Virus record (IMG/VR): IMGVR_UViG_3300021431_002946
Coordinates: 289,291 to 353,290 of that record
Origin: a virus
Lineage: Duplodnaviria > Heunggongvirae > Uroviricota > Caudoviricetes
Length of the DNA: 64,000 nucleotides
Direction: 5' to 3' (one strand)
The position numbers were made by a program, and so were the translations under genes. The notes under the pieces are model-generated. The model ran no database searches. It had not been told where the DNA came from and saw only the letters and a list, made by a program, of their open reading frames with translations. Positions 37,473 to 46,544 of this stretch are shown here, in pieces (position 1 is the stretch's first letter; each line of letters begins with the position of its first letter).

Positions 37473-37490
37473 AAAGGAGTTGAAAAATAA

Positions 37491-39338
37491 ATGGATTTTT
37501 GGTTATTTAAAGGAATAACAGAATTTGTTTATTGGTACCCCGCATTGATGGCTATGCTGTGGGTACTTGGCTCTCTTATTTTCTATTTTTCAAATGAAAG
37601 AAAGGGAGCATTGCCAATAGACGATCTGCCTTTTGTTTCAATCTTAATGCCTGCACATAATGAAGGTGACATTCTTTATAATGTTGTAGAGGAAATGACA
37701 AAATTAAATTATCCTAATTATGAGATTATTCTTATTAATGATGGTAGTTCAGATAATACTGCAGAAGTATTGAAAAATATTGTAAAAGCTTATGATATTG
37801 TAAGAGTTATTGATTTACATCCAAATTGCGGTAAAGCAAATGCATTATATCTTGGAACTATTGCAGCTAAGGGTGAAATCTTAGTAGGAGTAGATTCAGA
37901 TTCATATTTGGATAAAAATGCTCTTAGATACTTAGTTTCACATTTTACAAATAAACATAATGGTGAAAGAGTCGGCGCTGTAACTGGTAATCCTCGTGTA
38001 AGAAATAGAGGTACATTACTTAGTAAGTTACAGTTGTGTGAATATGCATCAATTATTTCTTTAATTAAGAGAACTCAGAGAGTCTTAGGTAAAGTAATGA
38101 CAGTCTCTGGAGTTTGTGTTGCATATAGAAAAAGAGCTCTTATGGAATGTGGTTTCTGGGATAGAGACATGATGACAGAAGATATTGCTGTTACATGGAA
38201 ATTAGAGAAAAACTTCTGGGATGTTAGATATGAACCAAGAGCTCTTTGTTGGATGCTTGTTCCTGAAACAGTAAAAGGTCTTTGGAAACAAAGAAAAAGA
38301 TGGGCTTCAGGCGGTCTTGAAGTTATTTTTAGACATTATGATATTTGGGGTTCTTGGAAGAGAAGAAGAATGACTCCAATATATCTTGAACAGGTTTGCT
38401 CTTTCTTTTGGTCTGTTTGTTGGCTAATTCTGACTATTATTCTTTTAATAATGGAATTTAATAGTCAGCATGTTTTTACAGAATATTTATGGAAGAGTCA
38501 ATTCTTATCATTTGTATGTTTATTTCAGTTTGGAGTAGCAATGTGGCTTGAACAACATTATGATAAGAATATTCTTAAATCAACTTGGTCAGTTATTTGG
38601 TACCCTCTTATTTATTGGTATGTTAATGTATTTATTACATTAGCAGCTCTTTTGAAAGCTATACTTCCTAAAAAGAAGCTTGCTACATGGAAGTCTCCTG
38701 ATAGAGGCATAACTCAAATGAATAAGACTGATACTGAAGAAGTCATAATAAAAACAGATAATGAACTTAATGTCACTTATGATGATATTAAAATGAGTAG
38801 ACTTATTCAATCTATTGATACAGATGGTACAAAAGATCTTTCTTCTCCATTGATTGATGGTACAATTGAAAATCCTGTTACTGATCCTCATTCTACAAAA
38901 CATATTGAAACTAGAACTGTTCAAAAGAAATGGAAAACTGTAATTGAAATTATTTTGACTGTAATAGCATGGATTTATATGCTTATATATTGGGCATTTA
39001 TGATTTATGGAATTATTTGTGATAAGTTAGGTAAACCAATTAAAGAATGGTGGATTTATAATACAAATACAATAAGACAAACAGAGCATCATTTCTATAT
39101 TTTATTTATTGCAATATTAATTGAAATCTTAGTTCTTATTATTTGGAAAGAATATAATAAGCATAGATTTGGTAAAAAAGATAGAAGAAAGTTCAAGCCA
39201 CATGTAACAGAAGAAGAGCTTGATGAATATTTCAAATTAGATGAGGCACTGGCTTATTCTTTGCATCATGATAAATATATTGAGCTACTAGAAAATCCTA
39301 TACCTCAAGGAATGGGACAAGGCAGAAATCATAAATAA
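37491..39338 (+). CDS. processive family-2 glycosyltransferase (PgaC/IcaA/HasA/cellulose-synthase-like) with extra C-terminal membrane domain
   Basis: DGSSDNT, DSD, QRKRW (QxxRW) motifs; multiple TM helices. Confidence 0.8.
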   Translation: MDFWLFKGITEFVYWYPALMAMLWVLGSLIFYFSNERKGALPIDDLPFVSILMPAHNEGDILYNVVEEMTKLNYPNYEIILINDGSSDNTAEVLKNIVKAYDIVRVIDLHPNCGKANALYLGTIAAKGEILVGVDSDSYLDKNALRYLVSHFTNKHNGERVGAVTGNPRVRNRGTLLSKLQLCEYASIISLIKRTQRVLGKVMTVSGVCVAYRKRALMECGFWDRDMMTEDIAVTWKLEKNFWDVRYEPRALCWMLVPETVKGLWKQRKRWASGGLEVIFRHYDIWGSWKRRRMTPIYLEQVCSFFWSVCWLILTIILLIMEFNSQHVFTEYLWKSQFLSFVCLFQFGVAMWLEQHYDKNILKSTWSVIWYPLIYWYVNVFITLAALLKAILPKKKLATWKSPDRGITQMNKTDTEEVIIKTDNELNVTYDDIKMSRLIQSIDTDGTKDLSSPLIDGTIENPVTDPHSTKHIETRTVQKKWKTVIEIILTVIAWIYMLIYWAFMIYGIICDKLGKPIKEWWIYNTNTIRQTEHHFYILFIAILIEILVLIIWKEYNKHRFGKKDRRKFKPHVTEEELDEYFKLDEALAYSLHHDKYIELLENPIPQGMGQGRNHK

Positions 39339-39371
39339 TAATTATATAATAAAAAAATAAGGAGATAAATT

Positions 39372-39926
39372 ATGGATTTAAATCAAATTTCAAAGTTTAT
39401 AAGTTTGATTCTTCGACATAAACCTGAAACAATAAATATTACGCTTGACTCACATGGTTGGGCAAATGTAGATGAACTTATTAATGGTATTGCTAAGCAA
39501 TATAAAGGTTTTAATATGAATATGCTTGAAGAAATTGTCAGAACAGACAATAAACAGAGATATTCATTTAATGAAGATAAAACAAAAATTAGAGCTAATC
39601 AAGGACATTCTATTAAAGTAGATGTTGAACTTGAAGAAAAAGAACCGCCTACAGTATTATATCATGGTACGGCAACAAAGTCAATAAATAGTATTTATGC
39701 TCAAGGTCTTAAATCAATGTCAAGACTTTATGTACATCTTTCAAAAGATATTGAAACTGCAACTAAAGTCGGTTTGAGACATGGAGAACTTGCAATTATT
39801 GTAATTGATGCACAAAAAATGTATAAAGATGGTTATAAGTTCTATCTTTCTGCAAATGGTGTATGGCTTACAGAAAAAGTTCCAGTAGAATACTTTAAAG
39901 AATTGTTATATGGTAATTCAATATGA
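39372..39926 (+). CDS. kptA: RNA 2'-phosphotransferase Tpt1/KptA
   Basis: ILRHKPE.., [18 protein letters not shown] motifs of the KptA family. Confidence 0.85.
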   Translation: MDLNQISKFISLILRHKPETINITLDSHGWANVDELINGIAKQYKGFNMNMLEEIVRTDNKQRYSFNEDKTKIRANQGHSIKVDVELEEKEPPTVLYHGTATKSINSIYAQGLKSMSRLYVHLSKDIETATKVGLRHGELAIIVIDAQKMYKDGYKFYLSANGVWLTEKVPVEYFKELLYGNSI

Positions 39927-40306
39927 TTTACAAAGATATAGATGATAGAGGCATTAAAGTTATACTTAAAGAAGATAATATAATAATAAGTGAATGCAAA
40001 ATTTCTTTAAGTAATGGAATTTGGAGTATTACTGAGTGGTTTACTACAAAATTTTATATGAACCAAGGTTATGGTAAACAAACAATGAAAGAAGCAGTTA
40101 ATTCTCTATACGAAGCTTTTGGAATGCCTGAACAAATTAGATATAATTGGAATGGTGTAAATGAATATGTTTATCTTTGGTTAAAAAAACATTTTAATGC
40201 AGTTCCATTACATCCTCCAATTATTGACTCTGAATGTGATAGTTGGGAAGATCATATCTATATTCTAGATAAAATTAAATTTATAAATTATTTTAAAACT
40301 GAATAA
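39923..40306 (+). CDS. hypothetical protein
   Basis: 127-aa ORF. Confidence 0.5.
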   Translation: MIYKDIDDRGIKVILKEDNIIISECKISLSNGIWSITEWFTTKFYMNQGYGKQTMKEAVNSLYEAFGMPEQIRYNWNGVNEYVYLWLKKHFNAVPLHPPIIDSECDSWEDHIYILDKIKFINYFKTE

Positions 40307-40322
40307 TTAAAAATTTTTAATA

Positions 40323-40358
40323 AAAAGATACTTTTTAATAAGTATCTTTTATTTTTTA
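40323..40358 (+). terminator. intrinsic terminator
   Basis: AAAGATACTT..AAGTATCTTT + T-run. Confidence 0.7.
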
Positions 40359-40386
40359 TTTACAACGTATATATAAATATGATAAT
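40358..40386 (+). promoter_or_regulatory. TTTACA-N17-GATAAT promoter
   Basis: motif read directly. Confidence 0.5.
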
Positions 40387-40420
40387 ATATATAAGATATA
40401 AAATAAAAGGAGTGATGCTA

Positions 40421-40804
40421 ATGAAACTTAAAGATATTTCAGATATGACACAGTTCCTTACATACAGATGTTACTGTCCAGGTGAAATTTACGATAGAAC
40501 TGGTTTCTTCTTTGAGATTTTTAAGGAAGATGATGATTGTGAAATTCTTGTAGAAGGTTCTTACAAGGATGATAAGGTAACAGCAGTTGTATGTAAAAAT
40601 CAGATTCTTTGTTTTTGGTTTAATGAAGATGGTACCATTATGGATGCCACTAGATATGATGCTACACCAAATAATACAGAAGAAATTGTAAAAGTTTTGA
40701 CAGGTAAGAAAACAGCTATTGATCCTGATGACTTTAAGCCTGGTCAGACTGAAGCAAATCTTAAGGAAATTCTTGGTATAGCTGATGCTATTATGATTTC
40801 TTAA
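40421..40804 (+). CDS. hypothetical protein
   Basis: AAAAGGAG RBS 8 nt before ATG 40421; the listed 40379 start lies inside the promoter. Confidence 0.5.
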   Translation: MKLKDISDMTQFLTYRCYCPGEIYDRTGFFFEIFKEDDDCEILVEGSYKDDKVTAVVCKNQILCFWFNEDGTIMDATRYDATPNNTEEIVKVLTGKKTAIDPDDFKPGQTEANLKEILGIADAIMIS

Positions 40805-40845
40805 ATATAGTATTTAATAAAATATATAAAAAGGAGATAAAAAAC

Positions 40846-42063
40846 ATGAAGTTACCTCAGATTATTAACAGCCTTTTAGAGAGTGATTTGTACAAATTTT
40901 CTATGGGTCAGGCAATTATGATTAAGCATCCTGAATATATGACTACTTGGTCTTTTAAGTGTAGAAATAAGGATGTTAAGTTTACACCTGAAATGGTAGA
41001 AGAGATTAAGGAACAGATTAAGGCATATTGTAAGCTTAGATTTACTGAAGACGAACTTGAATATTTGAATAATATTCCTTGGTTTAAGGGAAGTTATATT
41101 AATTTTCTTAGACTTTGGCAGCCTAGATATGAAGATTTTGAAATTGGAACTGATGCAGAATGTGGATTGGCAGTTGAAACTAAGGGAACTTGGCTCAATA
41201 CATCTATGTATGAAATTCCTACTCTTGCAATTGTAAATGAAGTTTATTTTAGAATGGCTTATGATTATGATAAGTTGTTTGAAAGCTTTAAGAAGAGACT
41301 TGACGAGAAGTATGAAAAGCTTCATAGTTCTAAGTGGTATCTTGGAGTATTTTCTGAGTTTGGTCTTAGACGTAGACTTTCTGCAGAAGCTCAGGAACTT
41401 GCTATAGAAAAGTTTAGTCATCTTAATGATACAATGCATTGTTCTAGCAAGTTTATTGGTACATCTAATGTATATCTTGCAAAGAAGTATGGACTTACTC
41501 CTGTAGGTACAATGGCACATGAATGGATCATGTGTGTAGGTCAGGGAGATCATTCTCATAATCCTGCATATTCTAATAGATTTGCTCTTAATGATTGGGT
41601 AGATGTATATGGAATTAAGAATGGTATTGCACTTACTGATACAATTACAACAGATTGTTTCCTTAGAGATTTTGATGATAGATTTGCAACATTGTTTAGT
41701 GGTGTAAGACATGACTCTGGTGACCCTATTGAATGGGGCGAAAAGATGATTAAGCACTACGAAAAGCTTGGAATTAATCCTAAAACAAAGACTTTGTTGT
41801 TCTCTGATAGTTTGAATTTTGAAAAAGCAGATGCTATTTGGAGACATTTCCATGATAGAATTAATGTTGCTTTTGGTATTGGTACTTATATTGCAAATGA
41901 TACTGATGTACCTGCACTTAATATTGTTATGAAGACTACTTTGTGCAATGGTATGGATGTTGCTAAGGTTTCTGATACACCTGGTAAGGGTATGTGCAAG
42001 AATCCTGATTATGTTGATTATCTCCAGAGAACAATTAAATGGAGAATGGAAAATGATAAGTAA
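40846..42063 (+). CDS. pncB: nicotinate phosphoribosyltransferase
   Basis: GTSNVYLAKKYGLTPVGTMAHEW and GVRHDSGDPIEWGEKMIKHYEKLGINPKTKTLLFSDSL closely match E. coli PncB. Confidence 0.9.
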   Translation: MKLPQIINSLLESDLYKFSMGQAIMIKHPEYMTTWSFKCRNKDVKFTPEMVEEIKEQIKAYCKLRFTEDELEYLNNIPWFKGSYINFLRLWQPRYEDFEIGTDAECGLAVETKGTWLNTSMYEIPTLAIVNEVYFRMAYDYDKLFESFKKRLDEKYEKLHSSKWYLGVFSEFGLRRRLSAEAQELAIEKFSHLNDTMHCSSKFIGTSNVYLAKKYGLTPVGTMAHEWIMCVGQGDHSHNPAYSNRFALNDWVDVYGIKNGIALTDTITTDCFLRDFDDRFATLFSGVRHDSGDPIEWGEKMIKHYEKLGINPKTKTLLFSDSLNFEKADAIWRHFHDRINVAFGIGTYIANDTDVPALNIVMKTTLCNGMDVAKVSDTPGKGMCKNPDYVDYLQRTIKWRMENDK

Positions 42064-42071
42064 GTGATAAT

Positions 42072-42587
42072 ATGGCAAATATGTATTTAGTTTGTGGAAT
42101 TAGTGGCGGTGGTAAGTCTGTCTTAACGGATAGACTTATTACTGCTAATCCATATTTAACAAAATTTGATCCTGATATGTATTATGCTAAAATTAATGGT
42201 GATGAATGTGACAGATCAAATTGGTTTGATGTATGGATGTCATTATATCAAGATATTCATAAAGCAGAATTAGCAAATAAAGATATAATTGTTACAACAA
42301 ATTCATTAACTGTATCGCAAAGAACTCAGTTTTTAGAATGGTTTCCAACATTTACACATCATATTTTATGGGTAACTGCACCAAAAGAACAATGTCTTGA
42401 AGGTAATAATAGCAGACGCAGACATGTACCTGAAAAGAGATTATTACAGCAATGGGAAGAAATGGAATTTCCTAATGCAAGTGAAAAAGGTTGGGAAACT
42501 ATAACTCAAATAACTAATTTCTGGGAAGAAGATAATTATATTATTTTTAATCTTAAAGGTGATATTAAAAATTATTTAATTTTTTAA
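42072..42587 (+). CDS. P-loop kinase (ribosylnicotinamide-kinase-like or polynucleotide-kinase-like; uncertain)
   Basis: Walker A GISGGGKS; 171 aa. Confidence 0.5.
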   Translation: MANMYLVCGISGGGKSVLTDRLITANPYLTKFDPDMYYAKINGDECDRSNWFDVWMSLYQDIHKAELANKDIIVTTNSLTVSQRTQFLEWFPTFTHHILWVTAPKEQCLEGNNSRRRHVPEKRLLQQWEEMEFPNASEKGWETITQITNFWEEDNYIIFNLKGDIKNYLIF

Positions 42588-42675
42588 AACGGAGTATTAT
42601 AATATGTATAAGATTTCCGATTTTCTTTTTAATCATGAACCGCTAAATAATATAAACAAGAAGGAAGAATAAATA

Positions 42676-43029
42676 ATGGATTGGCATATACCTGAAATTC
42701 AGAAAGATATGAAAACATTTCTTAAAACTATTAATATAGATAATGCTGTAAATGAAAAGTGTAAGTTTATGGTTCATTGGGAATGTATTGATAATAGAAT
42801 AAATGTTTGTATTAGATGTGATTTTAAGAATTATGGAGAATATGATCTTTATCCTTATCAAAAGATAAGTTCTATTGAAAATATAGAGCTTCCTTCTGAT
42901 ATTTTCAAAAAGATCGAAGTAATATCAGGTTCAATTCTTGACTCCTTTGATGAATATATTATGAATTATGCAAAAGAAAAGAATGTAACAATTAAAAGAT
43001 TAAATAATGAAATGTGGCAAGTTTTGTAA
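42676..43029 (+). CDS. hypothetical protein
   Basis: 117-aa ORF. Confidence 0.45.
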   Translation: MDWHIPEIQKDMKTFLKTINIDNAVNEKCKFMVHWECIDNRINVCIRCDFKNYGEYDLYPYQKISSIENIELPSDIFKKIEVISGSILDSFDEYIMNYAKEKNVTIKRLNNEMWQVL

Positions 43030-43041
43030 GGAGGTATAAAT

Positions 43042-43551
43042 ATGAAGAAACTTTTAGTAATTGTAGATATGCAGAATGATTTTGTAACTGGAGCTCTTGC
43101 AAATCCAGATGCAAAGAAGATTATAAAGAAGATTAAGAAGTATGCAGAATCTTTTGATGGAGATATTGTTTTCACAAGAGATACACATACTAAGAATTAT
43201 ATGGAGACTCAGGAAGGTAAGAATTTGCCTGTACCACATTGTATTAGAGGAACTGAAGGTTGGCAGATTGTAGATGAACTTAAAGATATTCCTGCAAAGT
43301 ATTATTTTAATAAGCATACATTTGGTTCTACTGATCTTGCAAAGGTGATTAGGAGAGAATATGCAGATGCAGAAATTTATTTTTGTGGAACATGTACAGG
43401 AATTTGTGTAATTAGTAATGCAATGCTTGCAAAGGCAAGTGCTCCTGAGGCTAAGATCAATGTTCTTGGTAAGCTTTGTGCTTGTGTTACACCTGAATCT
43501 CATCATACAGCACTTGAGGCAATGAAGATGTGTCAGATTAAGGTAATTTAA
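43042..43551 (+). CDS. pncA: nicotinamidase (isochorismatase family)
   Basis: VDMQNDF, conserved Cys in CGTCTGICV. Confidence 0.8.
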   Translation: MKKLLVIVDMQNDFVTGALANPDAKKIIKKIKKYAESFDGDIVFTRDTHTKNYMETQEGKNLPVPHCIRGTEGWQIVDELKDIPAKYYFNKHTFGSTDLAKVIRREYADAEIYFCGTCTGICVISNAMLAKASAPEAKINVLGKLCACVTPESHHTALEAMKMCQIKVI

Positions 43552-43563
43552 TAGAGGACTAAT

Positions 43564-44232
43564 ATGTTTAAGAAAGTATCATTTACTGGTATTGATAATA
43601 AAACTAATATAAAGAGACTATTAGAAATTGCTGAAAAATATCCAAACACTGAATTTGGTTTCTTGATTTCTGAAGCAAATACTAATAAGAATATCAATAA
43701 TAGATACCCAAACTTAGTTTTGCTGCAACAACTTAAGAATAAGAATATCAATCTTGCTTTACATGTCTGTGGAAAGCTTGCACGAACAGTTGCTAAGACA
43801 GGATCGTTGGGTTGTGTAAAGGAATTTATGGGTTCTTATTTTGATATGTTTCAGAGAATTCAGTTAAATCTTGTTGGTAATACAGTTGCTATTCCAATTA
43901 CAAATACTTATGGAAAGCAAGTTATTATTCAAACAAATCTTGACGAACCTAAGTCAAAGGCTAATTATGAGTTATATGAACAAACTAATGTTGAGAATAT
44001 AGTTTATTTGTCAGATAAATCTGGTGGTCACGGTGAAGTAACTGATTTTGATTTCTTTGATAAATATCAAGGTTTTGCAGGTGGTCTTAATCCAGAAAAT
44101 ATTCTTAATAGAAAAGCTGATATTGATATGTTAGTTGATTATGATTATTGGCTTGATATGGAATCTGGTGTAAGAACAAATGATTGGTTTGATCTTGACA
44201 AAGTAGAAGATATTTGTAGAAAGTTATTTTAA
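43564..44232 (+). CDS. hypothetical protein
   Basis: 222-aa ORF. Confidence 0.5.
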   Translation: MFKKVSFTGIDNKTNIKRLLEIAEKYPNTEFGFLISEANTNKNINNRYPNLVLLQQLKNKNINLALHVCGKLARTVAKTGSLGCVKEFMGSYFDMFQRIQLNLVGNTVAIPITNTYGKQVIIQTNLDEPKSKANYELYEQTNVENIVYLSDKSGGHGEVTDFDFFDKYQGFAGGLNPENILNRKADIDMLVDYDYWLDMESGVRTNDWFDLDKVEDICRKLF

Positions 44233-44234
44233 AT

Positions 44235-44699
44235 ATGATAATTGCTTTAACTGGACATAGAGAACAAAGATTAAATTTACCTAGTGATGTTGCCTTGGAT
44301 GATTGGAAAAGTATAAGGCAATGGATTAGACAACAAATTATTGATAATAAAGCTGATACTGTTTTATCTGGTATGGCAGGTGGTTCTGATCTTGCTATTG
44401 CCTATGAAGTAGTTCAAATGAAAAAAGAAGGTTATCCAATCAAACTTACTTGTGTATTTCCTTGTAAAAACTATAATGTTTCAAATCAATATTATAAATA
44501 TATAACTAGTAATGCAGATAATATAGTTGAGATACATAATGAATGGTTTAAAGGTTGTGATAATGATCGAGATCAATATATGGTAGATAATTGTGATATA
44601 CTTCTTGCTATATTTGATGGAAATAAAAATGGTGGAGTATATAGTACAATAAGAAAAGCAGAGAAGAAAAATAAGAAAATAATTTATTATCCTATGTGA
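44235..44699 (+). CDS. YpsA/DUF1273-like SLOG-family protein (tentative)
   Basis: IALTGHR..SGMAGGSD..CDILLAIFDG pattern of the YpsA family. Confidence 0.45.
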   Translation: MIIALTGHREQRLNLPSDVALDDWKSIRQWIRQQIIDNKADTVLSGMAGGSDLAIAYEVVQMKKEGYPIKLTCVFPCKNYNVSNQYYKYITSNADNIVEIHNEWFKGCDNDRDQYMVDNCDILLAIFDGNKNGGVYSTIRKAEKKNKKIIYYPM

Positions 44700-44760
44700 G
44701 GTAATGCATATGTACGATAATTGTGATGATTTTTATGGAAAATTTAAGGAGAAATAATTT

Positions 44761-45186
44761 ATGAGTGTTTTAGATCGATTAACTCAAATACAAAATGGTT
44801 GGATGATCGCAATGTTTGCAGGTATGGGGTTTCTTTTGTTTTTTATTATTATTATTGGAATACTGTTTGCTTGTATAATTAAAAATAATCACGCATTGGA
44901 TAAGGCATTTACAGTAGTAACCGTTGCTAGTATATTTTGTGTGATTGAAATCTTTGTTAGTCTTGCTGGACTTTTTATTTCAAGCAGTCAAGTGTCTAAG
45001 ACCACATATTATGCTGACAGATACGATATAAAACAAATGGCTAATGATTATAATGCCAGAATTATTGAAGATGATAGAGAGCATAATCAGTATTTAGTAC
45101 ATTATGAAGGATATGGAATGGAAGAGTGGGTATATTATATAGGAAAGCCTGACCCTCAAGCCCAATATTTAATACAGAAGAGCTGA
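44761..45186 (+). CDS. membrane protein, hypothetical
   Basis: two N-terminal TM helices. Confidence 0.5.
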   Translation: MSVLDRLTQIQNGWMIAMFAGMGFLLFFIIIIGILFACIIKNNHALDKAFTVVTVASIFCVIEIFVSLAGLFISSSQVSKTTYYADRYDIKQMANDYNARIIEDDREHNQYLVHYEGYGMEEWVYYIGKPDPQAQYLIQKS

Positions 45187-45251
45187 TAAAGTTTGTGAAG
45201 AATATAAGCAACACATATCTTGAATTATTTATGCTTTAAGGAGTAAAAAGA

Positions 45252-45623
45252 ATGGAATATAAACCTTTGAATATGTTTATGAAACAAACAGATGAATTAA
45301 AGAAACTTATTGCTGAGCACCCAGATTATCCAATTGTAGTACTTTGTGGAAATGAAGTAGTATGTGATGATAGTTGGGGATATTGGTATGCTCCTCGACT
45401 CTCTTTTGCTTTGACAGAGATACTTGATTGTGAGCAAGCGGTTAATGATGAAAAGACCTATGTGGATCGAGATGAACTGGAAGAGGACATCAGATATAAC
45501 TTTGAATGCTGTGACGAATACGATAATTTGTCTGAAGAAGAGTTTGATAAGTTGGTAGAAGCTGAAATGAAAAAGTATGACCCTTATTGGCGAGATGTTA
45601 TTGCAATTTATGCAGATGTATAA
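45252..45623 (+). CDS. acidic hypothetical protein
   Basis: 123-aa ORF with GGAG RBS. Confidence 0.5.
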   Translation: MEYKPLNMFMKQTDELKKLIAEHPDYPIVVLCGNEVVCDDSWGYWYAPRLSFALTEILDCEQAVNDEKTYVDRDELEEDIRYNFECCDEYDNLSEEEFDKLVEAEMKKYDPYWRDVIAIYADV

Positions 45624-45628
45624 AAATT

Positions 45629-45662
45629 ATTTACAAATAGTACTAATTTATAGTATTATAAT
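45629..45662 (+). promoter_or_regulatory. TTTACA promoter with TATAAT-like -10
   Basis: motif read directly. Confidence 0.45.
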
Positions 45663-45715
45663 CATAAAAATATTAAATTTTGTCCACTTTATGGTAAGGA
45701 ATTGCAGGAAGATCT

Positions 45716-45889
45716 ATGACAGATAAAAGAATTAGAATGGAATGTCCATTTTGTCATACAAAAGCTGAAGAGATTCAACTTGTGGCTATAGGTAATTATG
45801 TAGAAGTAAGATGTCCTAATAATAAATGTGCAGTAAAAATTACAGGCACAAGTAAGCAAGATGTAATAGATAGATGGAATAGAAGATGA
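45716..45889 (+). CDS. lar: Lar-family restriction alleviation protein (57-aa zinc ribbon)
   Basis: MTDKRIRMECPFCH..VRCPNNKCAV..DRWNRR: two CxxC pairs and a C-terminal WNRR, hallmark of the Lar family; not in the ORF track. Confidence 0.6.
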   Translation: MTDKRIRMECPFCHTKAEEIQLVAIGNYVEVRCPNNKCAVKITGTSKQDVIDRWNRR

Positions 45890-46179
45890 AGTATATCGTA
45901 TATCAAAATTCTAGAACTGAAGGTATTAAATTAAATATCATAGGTATTTATGATACTGAACAAATGGCAAAAGCAGTTCAAAATAAAGTAAGATCTAAAT
46001 TACTTGAAAAAACAAATTTAGTACAAGATACTGAGATTTATATTATGCCAATTGAAGAAAATAAAACTTATTCATTTGAGTATAGTGTTGGAGATAATGA
46101 TATTAAGATTAATGGTCAATTATCTGAAGTAAAGAATTTAATAAATAAAACAATAGATACAGACTATCTTCCATTTTGA
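45886..46179 (+). CDS. hypothetical protein
   Basis: 97-aa ORF overlapping the lar stop (ATGA). Confidence 0.5.
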   Translation: MKYIVYQNSRTEGIKLNIIGIYDTEQMAKAVQNKVRSKLLEKTNLVQDTEIYIMPIEENKTYSFEYSVGDNDIKINGQLSEVKNLINKTIDTDYLPF

Positions 46180-46193
46180 AAGGAGAAAAAATT

Positions 46194-46301
46194 ATGTTAG
46201 AAAAAATTATAATATTTGTAGTTGGATTTTTTGTTGGAGCATGCGTAGGTATTGTTTTAATTGCTTTAGTTTCAGCAAATAGACAGTCTGATGAAAAGTA
46301 A
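46194..46301 (+). CDS. small membrane peptide (35 aa)
   Basis: GGAGAAAAAATT-ATG RBS, one TM helix. Confidence 0.4.
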   Translation: MLEKIIIFVVGFFVGACVGIVLIALVSANRQSDEK

Positions 46302-46544
46302 ATATGAAATTTGTATTTAATCCAGTTACATATGATATAACTTAGCTTAACTTTATGTATATGTTCAGAGATAGTGAACCATTAATAGATTTTGATACTT
46401 GGTTAATTAAAAATAAGTATGTTTGGAAAGTAAATAATAAAATTTTTATAAATTTTAATGAAATGTATAAATATATGATAGAAAAATATAGTACTAATAT
46501 TGGTTTTGATATAATACTACTTGAAGATGATTGAGGTTAATAAT

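Noticed and set aside
40876-42078. 400-aa minus-strand ORF antisense to pncB
   Set aside because: The + strand encodes a protein that aligns along its full length with PncB. The antisense product is Ile/Lys/Phe-rich AT-frame noise.
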